From positions 2,480,001 to 2,544,000 of the forward strand of contig OZ316896.1 of the NCBI GenBank assembly GCA_973895155.1: a stretch of DNA of 64,000 bases. Direction: 5' to 3'. Position 1 is the stretch's first letter. Every line of letters begins with the position of its first letter. A program made the translations under genes and the position numbers. The notes under the pieces were generated by a model that was not told where the DNA came from, made no database searches, and saw only the letters and a list, made by a program, of their open reading frames with translations. Below are positions 23,582-38,747 of the stretch, piece by piece. The stretch comes from Marsupella aquatica. Lineage: Eukaryota; Plantae; Marchantiophyta.

Positions 23582-26500
23582 ATGTTCCCGCAATTTGCAT
23601 CCACGGCACGGAGCATCACTCGAGCGACAGCTCTGATCACGCGCGTGGGCACCGATGCCTCGTTCTACGATGATCCGGAGACGGAGGATTTCTCCGTTCT
23701 TTTGGATTCGAAGTTTGAGGCGGAGAAAATTGAGGGCATGAAGCGCCTCATTGCGTTAATGTCGCAAGGGAAAGACGTCTCCAACTTCTTCCCTCAGGTA
23801 GGTTCTGTAGATTTCATCCCACCCTTCGGTATTGTCTTCGGTGGACACGTCACCTTTGAAACATGTTGATGCCCTAACGCACCGTCATTTGGAATTCTCA
23901 GAGCCCGAACATAACCTGGCAGCAGGAGAAATCTCGGCAGAATTAGGGGAACAAGAACATTCGGGGAATTGGGATGTAGAATTGGAATTAGGGCCGTGCT
24001 CCAAGATTTATCGATTTCCGAGGCTCTGTAGCAGTTTCTCGGGCCAAGCTTCTTGTCGTTAATTGCTACATATTTCGTCTAGGGAGCATTGTCCAATCCA
24101 TAGCTCTAGCTCGTCTGTCTGCTCGAACACATTCGGGTCTTATTTTCAGGAAATAGCTTTAACAGCACACAGCTACACGTATTGGGTAGCAAATTTTTGC
24201 AAAGTTTACTAGCCGGTTGGTGGGGATTTCGTCTTTTTGGTCGAGGTGATGGTGCCTTTATAATCGAAGGTAGCTGAAATTAGGCCATCATTTGATTGTG
24301 CAGGTAGTGAAAAATGTGGTGACACATTCTCTGGAGCTCAAGAAGCTCGTGTACATCTACTTGGTGCACTATGCCGAAAAGTAAGACAGCTCTTGTGGAC
24401 TCTTCTACGTCTGGTGCCCCTCGGCTCTCGTTGGAAAATCTGATTGCTGATGAACTTTTCATCTTTGGAAATGCTTTTCTCCTGCCTCCAAACTTCGATA
24501 GTCACTGGGTGCTCTCTTTAATTAGGTGTTCGTCTGTCTGCTCAATCGTTCCTGTTCTGTGGCTCCTCGTCCCTTTCTAGGATGCTATTGATTTTAGTTT
24601 TTCGAGTCCTGCCTGCTTGAAGAGTCAACCTTTGTTTTCTCATTCCAAACAGGACCATCCAGTGTTCAAATTTACTCATACTCCCGGTATATTACTTTTC
24701 AAACCGAATGTGGTTATCTAAGATTGAGTTCACCTGGAAATGAGGAATCCTGTCAACAAGTTTTGACATCGTTTGATTTGAACTTTTCAGGCGACCTGAT
24801 GAAGCTTTGCTGGCTATAAACACATTTCAGAAGGACCTCTCAGATATAAATCCGCTCGTGCGGGCATGGGCTTTACGGTCGATGTCTGGTATTCGAGTTC
24901 GAGTGGTACTTCCTTTGGTCGTAATGGCCATGATCAAATGTTCTCGGGACCCTTCTCCTTACGTACGCAGGTGTGCTGCACACGCCATTCCCAAGGTCCA
25001 TTCACTCGATCACGACCAGCACATAGAAGCACTTGAAGAGGTGTGTATCTCCTCCGATTCTATACTTTGCTGTATCTTGTGGATGGTCAAATCAATTTAA
25101 CACAGCCAAAGTGGGGAATTATTGTACTCTTCTAGTGCTTTGGTATGCATGTCTACTTTTCTTTGAAACTTTGGTTGCCAGTGGAGATGGAACTATACAC
25201 CAAGCTACACGGAGCGCAGAATTCTATGTTCAAACACAATCTTGTTGTACCTAGGTGTGTCCTGACAGAGTCACTGAGGCACTTGTGGCGTGGTCCTTGT
25301 GGTTGTGCAGCTGATTTGCTCGCTTATGAATGATAACTCTCCAGGAGTGATCGGAGCAGTTGCGGCAGCATTTAATATCGTGTGCCCAGAAAAACTCTCA
25401 TTATGGGGTCCACGTTTTCAAAAAATGTGTGAACTACTCCCCAACGTGGATGAGTGGGGTCAGGTTGTGATAATTGACATCCTCCTGCGATATGCTATAG
25501 GAAGACATGGGTATCCCAAAGGATCCATCGGGTCATCCTCTGTTGAAAATGAGGGTCATATCCACGATAAGTCGAAGGCAGAGAAACTAAAAGGAAAGAT
25601 GAAAGAGGAACCAGACTTCAGGGGCGCCCAGAGGACAGGAAAGGAAGACACGCTCCCTTTGTCTTCTGGAGGCATGGATATGGGTTCCCACATCTCTTCA
25701 GATTTTTGGCTCATGGAACCAGCCGATGAAAAAGTTCATGCTGGTCCATCGGACATAGACATTCTCCTGCAGTACACATTGCCCTTATTGGGGAGCCACA
25801 ACAGCGCTGTGGTCATGGCTACTGCTGGTGCTCATTGGTTGCTTGCTCCCATGGAAAACCTGAAAAAGATAGTTAAATCTGTGATTTTTCTTCTTCGATC
25901 ATCGTTGGAATCCCAGTATGTGGTGAGAAATTAAGCTATCGCAACTTTCCTAGCTTGGTTGAGTGTCAGAGTGCAAACAATTTTTTTTCTCTTACGATAT
26001 TAGGTTAGTTGTTTTCCAGGACAGTCCTCCATATTGAGCTCTGCGTCCTAATATAAGTGATCCTGCAGACTACTGGGATAATAAGAAGCTAACTCATACT
26101 CGGTCGTTCTAATTTGTGTGAAGGTACTCGCAAATATAGCAACATTTGTGAGACAGGCGCCATCTTTATTTGAACCCCACTATGAAGAATTTTTTATTAC
26201 TTCCCGAGACGAGGGGCAAATTCGTGACTTGAAGCTAGACATATTGTGCCTGCTAGCCAGTGAATCCTCCATTCAGTCTATTCTTGAAGAATTCCAGGTA
26301 TGCTGACCTTTTGTTTGCCAACGCGTCTGACAAACTCAGGTGTCAAGATGTTCGTACAATGGTTATCTTGTTTTTTTCTGAGCAACTACTGCAGCCAATT
26401 AAGCTTGTGCGAGACAGTCTGAATGTGCACGTTTTGTCTATGATTCTGGAGTCCTTTTGAATTACATAATAACACATGTGATAGCCGCCAAATTTCCGAA

Positions 26501-29500
26501 CCACTCTTTTCAGATTGCAGCAAGTCTAATCTTCTCTATTTCTTGGTTTAGGAATATGTTGGGGACCCAGATCGAGAGTTTGCAGCAAAGACAGTTCGTG
26601 CGATTGGCCTGTGTGCTTTGCGTTTACCAACTATTGCTAAAGTTTGTACAAAGGCCTTGATGGCGCTGGCAAGAAGGGGATTGAGCCCTTCACCCAGTAG
26701 TGTGCATGAAGTTGTCAAAGAAGAGGAAGAGGAGGCCAGACAAGAGAAATTAAGTAGATTTAGGAAGGTAAAGAAAAATCCTGCAAAGGCAGATAAGAGC
26801 AGCAGGGAGGCTTTGGTTGTCACCGAAGCAATTATGGCGTTACGGGTGATAGTGCATGAGCGTCCTGTTGAGAACGAAGAGGTAAGGATGCAAAGTATGG
26901 TTGTGGCGGGAAATTGTTTTTATTGTGAACAGATGGATATCTATAGTCACGAAGATTAAGTGTGGACTAAAGTGGTCTGATTATGTTCATAAGCTCGTGA
27001 TCCCGGGCTTGTGAGGTACCTTTAGATCGTTGATTGTCAGATGCTGAATCGGAAAGCAGAATTGGCCTTTCCTTGACGAGGCTCTTGTGATCTTCCCGTT
27101 GGTTGACACTTCTGTCATGTGCAGGTTCTTGTGGGCCTTGCTCGGTGTCTTGACCGCTTGAAGGTACCAGCAGCCAGAACAGTTGTGATTTGGATGATTG
27201 GGGAGTTCGGTTCTGTAGGGACTCAACTGCCACAAATGGTCCCTATTATCTTGCGATACCTAGGAGGAACTTTCAAGAAGGAGGCAGATGCGGCAAAGTT
27301 GCAGATTGTCAACTGTGCTGTCAAGGTGCATGGCTGGCTTATCATTCTATCTCTTCAAGCTTGCTGTTTATCCATCAGTGAAAGATAAGCGTTATCCTTC
27401 TTGGGACCAATAATCAGCAACAACGTATTGCCGTTTATAAATGGAATGTTGGAATTTTTTTATATATGCTGTCAAATATTTCCTGACCTAGTATCATGGT
27501 GCAGGTAGTGCTGCGTTCAGATGTTTCGTCTGAGTCCGCCACGTCGAGAGCAAATTTGTTGATCTTGGACTATGTCTTAAAACTTGCTACAGTGGATCTC
27601 AACTATGATATTCGTGACCGCACCCGCTGGTATCAGGGTCTACTGGCCTTTCATTTACAGAAAGTATTTCGAGAGACCACAGGTGGGAGTGGAATGGATA
27701 TAGGAGATGAATTGCTCCTCTTGAGAGTTGAAGAGGGAAGCACTGATCCAGATGTCGGTCCCCAAACATGTGATGAAGGTGATGCAGAGGGAATTCGCAA
27801 TCAAGTCCTTCCAATGATGGATGGATCGCTAGATAAGGAGGCGGTTCTCCTGAAATTTGCCAACCATGTCATTCTGGCCCCGAAACCAGCCCCAATATTG
27901 CCACCCTTGGCTCCAGAGCGCTCTGCTTTTGTGGCTGGCTCAATGTCGCATATAGTTCAACATCGCGCTCCTAACTATTTCCCTCTTCCAGCCCCCTCGA
28001 GCATTATATTAATACCAACCCCTTTACCTCCAAGAGGCCAGCAATTTGCGAGAGGTGATGCTGACCGTGAATCGAGCTCAAATGGAGAGTTTAGTGGGAC
28101 TGTGTCAGACGGGGGAAAATCTGATGGTACCTCAAGCCCAAGGAGTACTGGTAGCTTTTACGACGAAGAGAATGGTGAGAAACGCTCGAGTGAGAGTCTT
28201 GTCAGTTCTTCCGAGGATGAAAGGTCAGGAAAAATCAAGTCTGAGATCGATGCATCATCAAGTGAGGGGCGACGTGGACAGACAAAACAACCCAAGCGAC
28301 CACAGGAAGAGTTGGGGCCTTTAATAAATTTGTATGATTCAGAGATTGATGTCCGGTCTGGGACACAGCACACTGATGTGGAGCAGCCAAATGGTGGAGG
28401 CTTGTCCTCTGAGTTTGGTTTACTCTCAGCAGCAGATTTAGAATCATGGTTAGGCTCATCAGAACCTAGTATGGAAGAACAGCCATCTTCCTCAGGAATG
28501 CCCTCTGGGTATGCTACAGTTTCGATAGGAAAGGTTGACGTGAAGCCTAGACGATACACACTGCTGGACTTTACAAATGGAGGTGGCTTGGATGTCAAAT
28601 ACTGCTTTGATGGCTCGACTCCTCCGTCTACAAAAAGCGTGCTTTCCATCAAGTTGTACTTCTGCAATAAGACTCTGGAGACTATTTCCGCTATATCAGT
28701 AACAGATGTTGAATCGGATGATGATAATCATGAGACTGGGTACGTAGCTCATACACTCGTTTTCATGTCGATGAGCATCTATATGTTCGGTTGGAAGGCG
28801 TTCTAATCTTAAGGTTTTACTTTCGGCCCACTTGAATATCTGTGTTTATTACATGGGAGAAGGTTGGAGAAGTAGTCCTAACCATGTGTCTTGGGCAGAT
28901 CAAATGCACCTGGCGATCCAGGTACTGCAAGTCAAGTCATATCAACAGAGCAAGACTTCTCAGAACTTGAGCCAGGGGGTAACTCAGAAGCAAAGCTTTG
29001 TGTTTATGTCAGGGCCCATCTTAATCATATCAAGCTCTCCATTCACTGCGATGGGGAAACCTACCCCGTTAAACTTACACCAGCAATTGGTGCTCTCATG
29101 AGACCGGTTCGTCTCACTCCAGAAGCTTTCTCTGCTTCAGAGGCACGCATAACTGGCATGCATGAAGCTGTCCGCAGGTACTACTTCTCAAGTTTACTGT
29201 CTTTAGTAACCAGAATCACTGATGCACATGTTCTGTTCAAGATGCTCAAGTTTTGCCTAATATTTAGGAATGTTTGGCATTATAAGTCTTTTAGCGAGGA
29301 TGTTTGACACAAGATTGTCACTGACAGTCATTGCACAAACGAAATTATGATGTGAGATGTTGTCACTGTATATCAATGACCATGTTTTCACTTACATGGT
29401 CTGAGCTTAGGCCGTGAGGTAGTTTGATGGACAGAAATCCATGCTAAAAATCGTAGGATTTTCTGACGGATTTTGTTGCTGTGGGTGGTGCCCTAGGTGT

Positions 29501-29878
29501 ATACTCATTATACCTCCTCAAACTGAAGGCTCGTTTTCAGGAAAAGACCAGATTCTACTTGTAGCTCAAGCTGTAGCCCAGAGAGTTCTCGCAAGTGCTC
29601 ACGTGTCACTGATTTCCACGGTCATGCCAATAGCGAACTCGGCTGTAGGTGTACAAGCAATTAAGAGCTCTGGATTGCAGGGCCTCTGCCTCCAATTTAG
29701 TGGAGAGACACTGATAGGATCCGTGGTGTGCTTATTAAAAGTTACAGTGTTGACAGAAAGTGAGATTAGTGGAGATGGAGCACAACTAGAGGTTCTTGTA
29801 AAAATAAATTGTGAAGACACAATTTTTGGATGGAGCTTATTGCAGGAACTAAGTAAAGCTTTGAATCCTTTGGATTGA
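23582..29878 (+). CDS. AP3B: AP-3 adaptor complex beta subunit; ~10 exons (23582-23797, 24304-24380, 24791-25040, 25311-25922, 26124-26297, 26552-26881, 27125-27324, 27505-28739, 28899-29177, 29497-29878)
   Basis: MFPQFASTA..., KRLIALMSQGKDVSNFFPQ|VVKNV, INTFQKDLSDINPLVRAWALR, DEWGQ, WMIGE, DLNYDIRDR, acidic Ser-rich hinge, LLDFTNGGGL ear domain; GT-AG junctions. Confidence 0.93.
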
Positions 29879-31020
29879 ACCTTGCAGTGTCATATATTGA
29901 TTGCCCAGATGTACTTGTCTTACAATTTACTTTGTATACATCATTTGGTTGCTCTAATAGTACCCAATTCCATAGCCGCCTTTGGTCGATGCTTGTTGGG
30001 CTGATTTTGATTCTTTCTTGCTTACTACGTTCATCAAAGTATTGGCTTCCCGGACTCATTTCACAGTTGTCTCAAGAAAACACCATTGCCAGGCATCTGT
30101 GTCATTGTAAGTGAATTACTGCAGAGCACTTGTGAGTGGCAGTCGAGGATGGCCATTTTGCCTTTCTCCTGTTTCTGCGTGCTGCACAGATGTGGAGCAA
30201 GGTACATCTCTGGCTCTGGTTACTGGCACTAGCTTCCCCAAATCTATCATTCTGAAGTTTTTGAAAGCGTTGTAGTTCGTGCAACATGACGTCGTTGGGG
30301 ACTCCTTCCCGACCAGACTCCGTTGCAGAGGCTTTGTACACTCAGCAGATCTGTTTGCCAAAATTGGATTATCAATAGGGTTGACCTTCAGATTCTGTTG
30401 GTGGAATGAGGGCATTTGAATACATTGGCTTTCAGTTTGGAACGTAGATTGTTTCTAGGTTCTCGTTCTGTCCAGAAGGGAGACTAATAAGGCGAGACAC
30501 CAATTCCTTAATATCATTGGTGATACTGCAGAGTCATAACAGACGCCAAGATTTGCACACACCACTAGAATCCTCAAGTTCAAGAATTTGCAATTCATAG
30601 ATTCGAATGAGAAATTCGTGAGATCAATACCTGGGGGTCCATACTGATTTGATTCCTGGTAACTTGTCCTATGTACAGCGCAAATCCTACAACAACATTC
30701 TCGTGTATGCTCGACATAACATTCCAATTTATACAGTATAAAGATTGTGCTTGGTTCTCCTATCATCAAGCATCAACTTTTGTGTGAACTTAGACAGTGG
30801 AGGCATCCGTTTTTGGAACAAATCTGTGTGATGACACTGAGATGCAGAGACTCTTTTTTCTCTGAACCTCGTCTGTTTCTCTCTTCCATACTACCAAGAA
30901 TGTTCTGCTATAAAAGTAGGAAAATGTTAAATCCACTCCGAACTTTTACTAAATACATCCCACAACAAGACCGGCCATTGATGCAAAAGATATTCCCACA
31001 ATAAAATGACCATCAAGCGC

Positions 31021-34000
31021 TCACGCAGGCGTTAAATGACTCTCCATTGCAATTATGGCCTTTCCTGTAATCTCTCCTCTGTTCAAGGCCGCATAAGCCG
31101 CATCTGCTCCATCCAGTGACCATGATTGAGACACAGCAGATTTAATGCTTAGAAGTCCCATCTCAGCTAAGGCTATGACTGTCGGCAGATCTTGCCTGGC
31201 CCTCCCTCCATACGAGCCAATGATGCGAACCTGGGGATCCCCAAATCAATTGTTAATTAAAGAGAGAAGGTTAGGGGAATCGGAAGGACAAGATCTGTAA
31301 TACAGGTCAGTTGAATACCGGGAAAGATGCGTACGTGAGGGCCATTACGACCAGAATGGAGAAATCATGACCTCCTAACATTACCCACCATACGGAAGGC
31401 ATATGAGGCAAGCTTCAGACTAAGAGTGTACTCTTGCGCTAAGAGGAAAATCCACAGGATACTCACCTATAGTCACCTTTGGTCCGAAGGAATTGTCTAA
31501 ATCATGCCGATTCTTATTCTGGCCAGACGTTTGAATTTTTTTTTGCTTTTCTTAGAATTAGAAGTTTAGGTTTAGAGGCAAGACTTTAACAGAGCATACC
31601 TCCCGCCTGACCAATTTTGAGATGTCAACATCAGCTATCACACCAGAAGGTGCAAGCCCAACCATAACGGCTCTGCCACCCTCTCGTACAGACTGAACTG
31701 CCTGAATAAATGTTGAAGCCTTCCCCAACGCCTCTACCGCTATATCTACACCTCTGCCCCCAGTGATTTCCTGGCACATACATGCACCAGATCAGTTTTT
31801 GACCAGGCACAGCTTCATGTCCATGCACCAGTCTTACTATTTACTTTTCAAGTACAGGCCTCGTTGATTACCAAACTAATACTCCGTATCATGTTTCCTT
31901 AAAACTACCATGTGAGAGAGATCTAATGGTCAAGCTCGCAACAAGATTTAAACTGGTCTGTCGATATCACTGACCTTTATCTTGTCAACGACACTCTCTT
32001 TGGCTCCATTGACCGCGTGAGTAGCTCCCATTTTCAGTGCATGGTTCAATTTCTCATCACTCACATCAACAGCAATAATTTGACGGCCGCCAAATGCTTT
32101 GGCTACCTGCAAACAACTGTGCCATAGAAATCCACAACATTGCATGAACTTCCCATTCTTTCAGTTGCTGTATGTTTGCGAATGGTTCAAACAGAGAGAT
32201 TTAAAAAGATTGATGGATTCTAAGTCGACTCATTGGCATTTAGAAATGTTCCTTGTGATTACTAACAGTGAGGACATATTTAGAAGTGGCTTGTCTTTAC
32301 TTCGAACCAACGCCACCAGTACCAATAATAGCCACTGTTTCACCAGCACGCATATCAGCTCCATTTTTCAATGCCCCGTATGCAGTGAAAACAGCACAGC
32401 CCAAAATGGAAGATTCAGCGTATGGTAGTGACGGGGAAAGAACTGCCAATCCGTTGGCAGGTACACAACAGTACTCCGCAAGGCCCCCCATGCTGTACAT
32501 ATTAATTGGCTTTCCTGAGCAGGGGAAAACAGCAACAATCTCAGCACAAAATCTCGTTCAGCTATCAGTTCACCCTCAAAAATCGTATACGAAGCAACTG
32601 TCACCACACCATGATTGCCCTTGTTATATAGGATATTTTGGCGAAAAGTTGGGGAATGTTGAAAACAAATTCAGGAAGCTATGTAAACAGTCCTCCTGAA
32701 GTAGGGCGATAGTCCCTTGATTGGAGGTGTCAATTTCATCAACTTTCCCATCTGACCAGGTCAAATTCAGATCTCAGCTTTCGCAAAATAATGAGAGCCA
32801 AGTCCATGATGAAGACTACGTCAGGAAATGGACAGCAGGAACGACAAGACTCTAGGATTGAAGAATAATCGCAATGGGTGTCTTTCCAAGCCCCAACACA
32901 CACAACAACAACAAAAACAACAACCAGAAGGGAAACAAAAAAACGTTGTCAGGAGGACGGAACTGAGTCGGCATTAGAACGGTAGGTTTGGGTTGTCCAC
33001 CGGTGCAGATACTTTCCCTCATTTGAAAATAATTATCATGAGCTCACCCAATTTAATCAAGTCAAGAGCATCAATCAATCAAGCTAAGTCCTCACATTAA
33101 TAACGAAGGAACTAGGGAACCCTTACCATTGCTGCGCAGGTAGAGTCGTGTTGTACCATCATATAATCCACCCATGCCTCGATTATATTTGAAAAATGTC
33201 TCACAGATATCTTCTTGCCCCTGGACACGCGTAGCGGCCAGCAGATTCAGACGAAGCAGAAATCTAAAGAATGACTAGAGCAACATTACAAGCAAGTGTC
33301 CAACACAAGGTTATGTGTAACTTTTAACCGGAGCTCTTTCCCGCCTCGACTACTCCGGCAAAGGTTTCAAACCAGCAAAAGTGATCCTTTGAACCCACAT
33401 ATGTTTCGACGAGGTCCAATGGGACAGGTATCCACTAAAATTGGATATCCTCGAAAAGAATAGTACCGGCACCTTAACCACCCTAAGCACAGGACAGAGA
33501 AATGAGTTGAGAAATTAACTTCCTGTCCCTTTGTTGGCGGGAGGGCCCAGTTTAGTGAAATGTGCATTAGTAGCAAAACATAGCTCCTGATCGAAACGGC
33601 TGGGGACATAAGGAAATCGAGTCTGGTGTCCCTGGTGTTGATTACTACACAAATAAATGAACTAAACTAAACTTATCATAGAAATGCCAACACTGATTCT
33701 TGCAAGAGAGACGAGTTGAGGGGAAGTAGTTCAGAGAAATGGACAGGACGAGCACCTTGACACAGAAGAAGCAACCTCCACATGGCATTATGAAGGCTCC
33801 TACAACTCGTGCGCCGATAGGAAGCCTGCATCATTGTTTGCCATCTTATGTCAATTGAGTCATGAGTAAGCTTGAGTGAAAGTCATGAAAAGTCATCCGT
33901 TAAGACTTGCTAACCAATCCGCGGCTATCACTGAACTTGCAACACTTGCTCCAAAATCTTCACAGCACAAAATGAACTACTTCTATTGACCCAAAGTCCT

Positions 34001-34747
34001 GTACTGCCGTGACTTTTGGAAGCTCACGTGTGAATAACATCGACAGTTACGTCAAACAGATAATACGGTGGATATTGAAGACTATCTGTAAACTCAGTCG
34101 CAATGTGGAAAAACAACTCTCTAAACCAAAGCATGATGTAATGCAGCCAAAACCACTAGTTGTCAAGACCGACTGACCTCTTCCTCGTGGCCTGGTCCGT
34201 ATGCTCACCATGTTCAACAACCTCTCCAGTTATCTCATGTCCTAATACTACTGGAAGGGGGTAGGGCTGGTCGGCATTTATGACATGGAGATCAGAGTGA
34301 CAGACTCCACAAGCTGCAAAACAACCATGACAAGCAACTCTTCTATCAGTCTGCAAAATGTACTCATCAAACTCTGTCTGTCAAATGCAGTTCCACTCAT
34401 TTTTCCATCTAAATCAGCCTTCCAACTAATCCGCCCCTTCTCTCTTCTGCCCATCATCCATCGTTGCTACCTTTCGTTTTCACCAAAACCTCTCCGGCTT
34501 GCGGCCGAGGCATGCGCAGATCCTCTATGGTCATAGGCTTGTGGGGCTCCCAGAGCACAGCTGCGCGCATGGAGTTTGGTCCATTCCCCAGCAAATAATC
34601 CTTCCCATCCACTGCTCCAGCGTCCTCAGAAGCGAAAGTACGGTGCTGGTTTGCAAAGGAGAGCCTCTCCCCCCTTTGCATAGACGACGAAAAGACACCC
34701 AGCCGAGCGAGCCGTGTGGCCATCGATCGCAGAGTCGAAGCAGCCAT
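31021..34747 (-). CDS. Zinc-dependent medium-chain alcohol dehydrogenase-like protein with probable mitochondrial presequence; ~8 exons
   Basis: MRAAVLWEP, ACGVCHSDLH, VLGHEITGEV, FIMPCGGCFFC, MYSMGGLAEYC, ILGCAVFTAYGA, GTGGVG, GGRGVDIAVEALG, IIGSYGGRARQDLP; Arg/Ser-rich N-terminus; stop at 31021-31023. Confidence 0.9.
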
Positions 34748-36066
34748 TCGAATCAAATCAATTCACTCCCGATCACACCTATGTTTCTTCCTTAGTTTGG
34801 CTCCATGAATATGTCCGGACTGGCGACCCTCAAACACTCCCCTTCCCCTCCTTCAAACCAAACCTCGACCGAATCACAACGGGATGTTGTCGTTTCCGAA
34901 TCCACTCAACCAGTCGTCAAATTGCGAGCGAGCCCAATTCAATTCTACCAAACCCCACCGATTCGTTTCCAAAACACGGATCTGGAGACTGAACAATGCA
35001 AGCAGGAGGGCTGAAGAGCAGGATTGAATTTACGATCCTGTAGAGATTTCCGGTAGAGATTTCTGCAAACTCAAACAAGCCCTGCTTTAGGGTACAGTTC
35101 ACAGTGAGCGAACCAGTCGAGCAATGGCCATGCATCTGGGAATCAGACACAGACAAAACAGCAAAATCTGTCCCTCAAGAGCCAAACACTATCTCACCAG
35201 GAGTCGATGCATTGCTAGTCACGAATGTGGATCAAGGCAATGGAAAACAGACACAGAAATGAAACTAGTCTTCAAATCGAATGAATGGGTGCACAACAAC
35301 AAACCAAGACTTGCATAGAACCTGAAGGCTAACCAAAATGAGCAAGGGGGGTGAAACACAGTCCCCAATCTTGAGAGTTTCATTAATAAAGAGACCGTAT
35401 TGTAGGACTCGACTTGGGAGCTACTGCTTCTAGATTTACCAATTGTGCTCTCACATAACACTTTAGTAAATAGGAAAAAAATTATGCTCTCACATCAAAG
35501 CCTGAGAAGGTTCAGTTGTTCTTCCAGTGACCTGAACTGTCATCTGGACTGCAAAACTCAAACGCCGTTTGCTATGTTCATAGTCTCTGGAGGAAGAAGC
35601 TCTAGCAATGAGTGTGCAGGTAGGTCCTACAAGCCCGTAAAACAGCGCTTTAGCGCAACATTCACGAGCTACGCACTCACAGGAGAAGAAAAAATGACAG
35701 GACCAAGCTATTCAAACAGGACTTCTGGCAAGAACAACGTCGAGATGATGATAGAAATTGGCAGCACAATCTGTTTGGGTCATGCTTTTATACCTTAAAC
35801 TTCTGCAGACAAATGGCTCTCTCCTCACGGCGGTGTTGTTTCACAGAATGTGAAGATCAACCTTGCTCAGGCTCGAATTGTGCAGATCGAGCTCAGAACA
35901 TTCGAGATGGGTTGTTCGCTTCTGTGATAACATGAAGGCGAAATGTGTCCCTCAATAAGCTAAAGCCCGAGTACCTACACTGAAGCCCCAGGATTGACCA
36001 CCATGTTGGACACAATACTATGTACGACATTGTGGTGGTCCATCTGAGTTTGGGGCCCATAACTTG

Positions 36067-36580
36067 ATCACTAAGTGTAGGAGTAGCCCCATGCCAACTA
36101 GTTCAATAAGATGTTGAGATGAGAACCAGGGGAGAAAAAAAGTCAAAATGAAAAAAGATCACTAAGTGTAGGAGTAGCCCCATGCCAATTAGTTCAATAA
36201 GATGTTGAGATGAGAAACACTCTCCAGTGGAGAAAAAAAGTCAAAATGAAAAAAAATGTCAATGAGAGAAAGAAATGTTGAAATGAGAAAACAATATAGT
36301 CAAAGTGAAAGAAGGTATCAATGAGAGAAAGAAATGTTGAAATGAGAAAACAATGTCGAGAAGAGAAAAGATGTTGAGGACAGAAAATATGTGGAGTGTG
36401 AGGGAAAGATGTTTTGGTGAGATAAAGATGTCAAGGTGAGAAAAGTTGTTGAGGTGCGAAAAAGATGTCAAGCCAAAATAATGAAAAAAAGATGTTGGGG
36501 GTGAGAAAGAAAGTCGTGGTGAGATAAAGATGTCAATGTGAAAATAAAAATGGTGAGATGATATAAAGATGTCAAGGCAA
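36067..36580. repeat. ~90-bp duplication followed by a degenerate purine-rich minisatellite (GAGAAAAAGATGTCAA-like)
   Basis: GATCACTAAGTGTAGGAGTAGCCCCATGCCAA... occurs twice, followed by many ~17-bp AG-rich units. Confidence 0.7.
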
Positions 36581-37998
36581 GGCAAAGTTGTTGTGGTGGT
36601 GTTCAATAACTCATGCATTGCACATAGAAATTGGAGACACGGGATAACGGCCGTCACATCATGGAGACACAAGATAACTGCCGTGCATCATGGAAACACG
36701 AGATAACGGCCGCCGCACCATGGAGTCCAAGCACAACCGGGTGATAGGAAATTAGTTTGAGAACCCATTGTTTATGTAAGTTTGATGTTATTCAGCAACA
36801 CATGGAGAGTTGCACATTGGAATAGGTTTGAATATGGAGATGAGAGGAAAAAACAAATAGATTATGCATGGAAGAAGTGCATGCACAACATTAGCTTGGT
36901 ACTGCTATGTCTATAGAGTCCATGCATAATGGCATAGAAGCCAAATGGTTTATTAATTACATTTCTTTGGTATTCCTTTATCCATAGTAGTCAAAGTGTT
37001 TCTTATGTTCACTTGGTGTTCCTTTTTCCATGGTAACTGAATGGTTTCGTATGTTACCTTGGTAAATGTTACAGTTGTTGAAGAGTTTCTTTCTACCCAT
37101 GGTTATTCCAACAATTGCTAATTAAATAGAAAACTCATACAATCTACTAGAAAACACTGATATATCAATCACAACCCATCCAAAGGTTATTTTCTTTTTA
37201 GTCCTTTCTTGGTTATTTTGAAATGTCATTTTTCAGTTTTCAATTGTTTTGACATTTACAAGGTCTAATTGTCTTTTTTTACTTGTTTCAAACACACATA
37301 GTCTTGCTTGGTGTTTTTTGCATAACGAACCGTACGTTGTTGTTTGTGACCAATAGTGTTGATGTGATTGCACATACTTCCATGAATTTTGGAAGGGACT
37401 TCTCATGGGGTTCCGTAAAAATGTGTTTTTTTAATGTTTAGAGAACTAATATATTATATATTTTATTTATACTCAAGTTTTTCAAAAACAATTAAGCTAA
37501 TATCCAATTCTTTAAGTTTAAATTTAAGTAATGAATTTTATGAATTTTAATTAATGTAGATTAAATTGTTTTATCTTAGTCATGTTTGCGAAGGCTACAG
37601 GTAACTTGGGCAGAGGCAATTGAGATTAAAAGGAGTATGGATGAATCTGACGGTGCTAGAAAAACAAAGTTTTAATGAAGGGCTAGGATTGGTTTATGCT
37701 TTTTCTTGAGTTGGTAAACAAACAAAGGATGATTTTTGGCAGGATAGGGTATTATAGTGATAGAATAAGGGCATATGGTCCCCTTTCTGAGATAACGTGC
37801 GACTGTATGTTGACCCACACATGCAAGGAGATATATGGGAGACTCTATAATAGTTAAGGGACCGTAAGCATGTGGTCTTACTTTCAGGTTGTGTGTTCAA
37901 AATTATTGGACCACATCAACCCTACTTACATTTCTATCCATTTCTATTCATTCTATTGATTAAAAATAATACGTGGCCAGGAGTATATGGGCAAGGCT

Positions 37999-38332
37999 TG
38001 TTAGAGTTAACTCTAGTCTTGGGTTAACTTCTAGTTACTTAGGCTAAACCACCATTAGGGTGTTAATGATGATTAGCTGCCACTCTTGTATCTAGCATAT
38101 AAAGGGGCTAGGGAGAGCTCTTCTTGGAGAATCATGTTCATTGTTGAGTGAACTAGCTAGGTGTTAGGAGGAGAGCTTTACAAGGAGACTTGGCCAAAAG
38201 CTTAGTAAAGCTCTTACTAGCATTTCGTGGACGTAGCCTTGACAAAGGTGAACCACGTATCTTGGTCTCGGTGTGTATGTTTGCTTGACGATTGTGATCT
38301 GTGACTTTAATATAATGTAGGTTTTCCCAACA
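37999..38332 (+). mobile_element. Solo LTR (copia-like), related to 14373-14715
   Basis: TGTTAGA...CCAACA; shares CTCTAGTCTTG and GTGGAYGTAGCC...GTGAACCACGTATCT with the other solo LTR; flanks AGGCT and AGGAC match only partly. Confidence 0.72.
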
Positions 38333-38580
38333 AGGACCATAATAACTAAATGCACGACCTTAAAGTACAATAGACTTGAGAGGGTTGATTTCATGGACAT
38401 CTCAAATAAGGAAGTGAGAATGATTTTTTCTGAGGTCCGGACAAAATGTTCTTTTGCATATCTTTCATGTTTCATGGAATATAATTTCTTGAGGGGAATG
38501 CCATGAATATTTGAGGCATGGGTGAAGTAGGCAAGAGACTCAACAATCCAAAAGAGGAGGGCCTAAGGGCAGCCTTGGCA

Positions 38581-38747
38581 GCCAAGAGAGGCATGACTTT
38601 GTGGTAGCTCACGTGATTAGAGACTGATAGGTCTTGGGTTCAACTGTTGTGGCTGACACTTCACAACTACCCAACTATTGTGACTGATTTTTCCCTTTTT
38701 GTGGGGTTTCACAGATTTCCCTTAAATTTAAAAATAAAAATAAAAAA
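38581..38747 (+). mobile_element. SINE copy 2
   Basis: Same body with a ~30-bp internal duplication or insert; A-rich tail; TSD AAG(G/A)GCAGCCTTGGCA at 38565-38580 and 38748-38763. Confidence 0.85.
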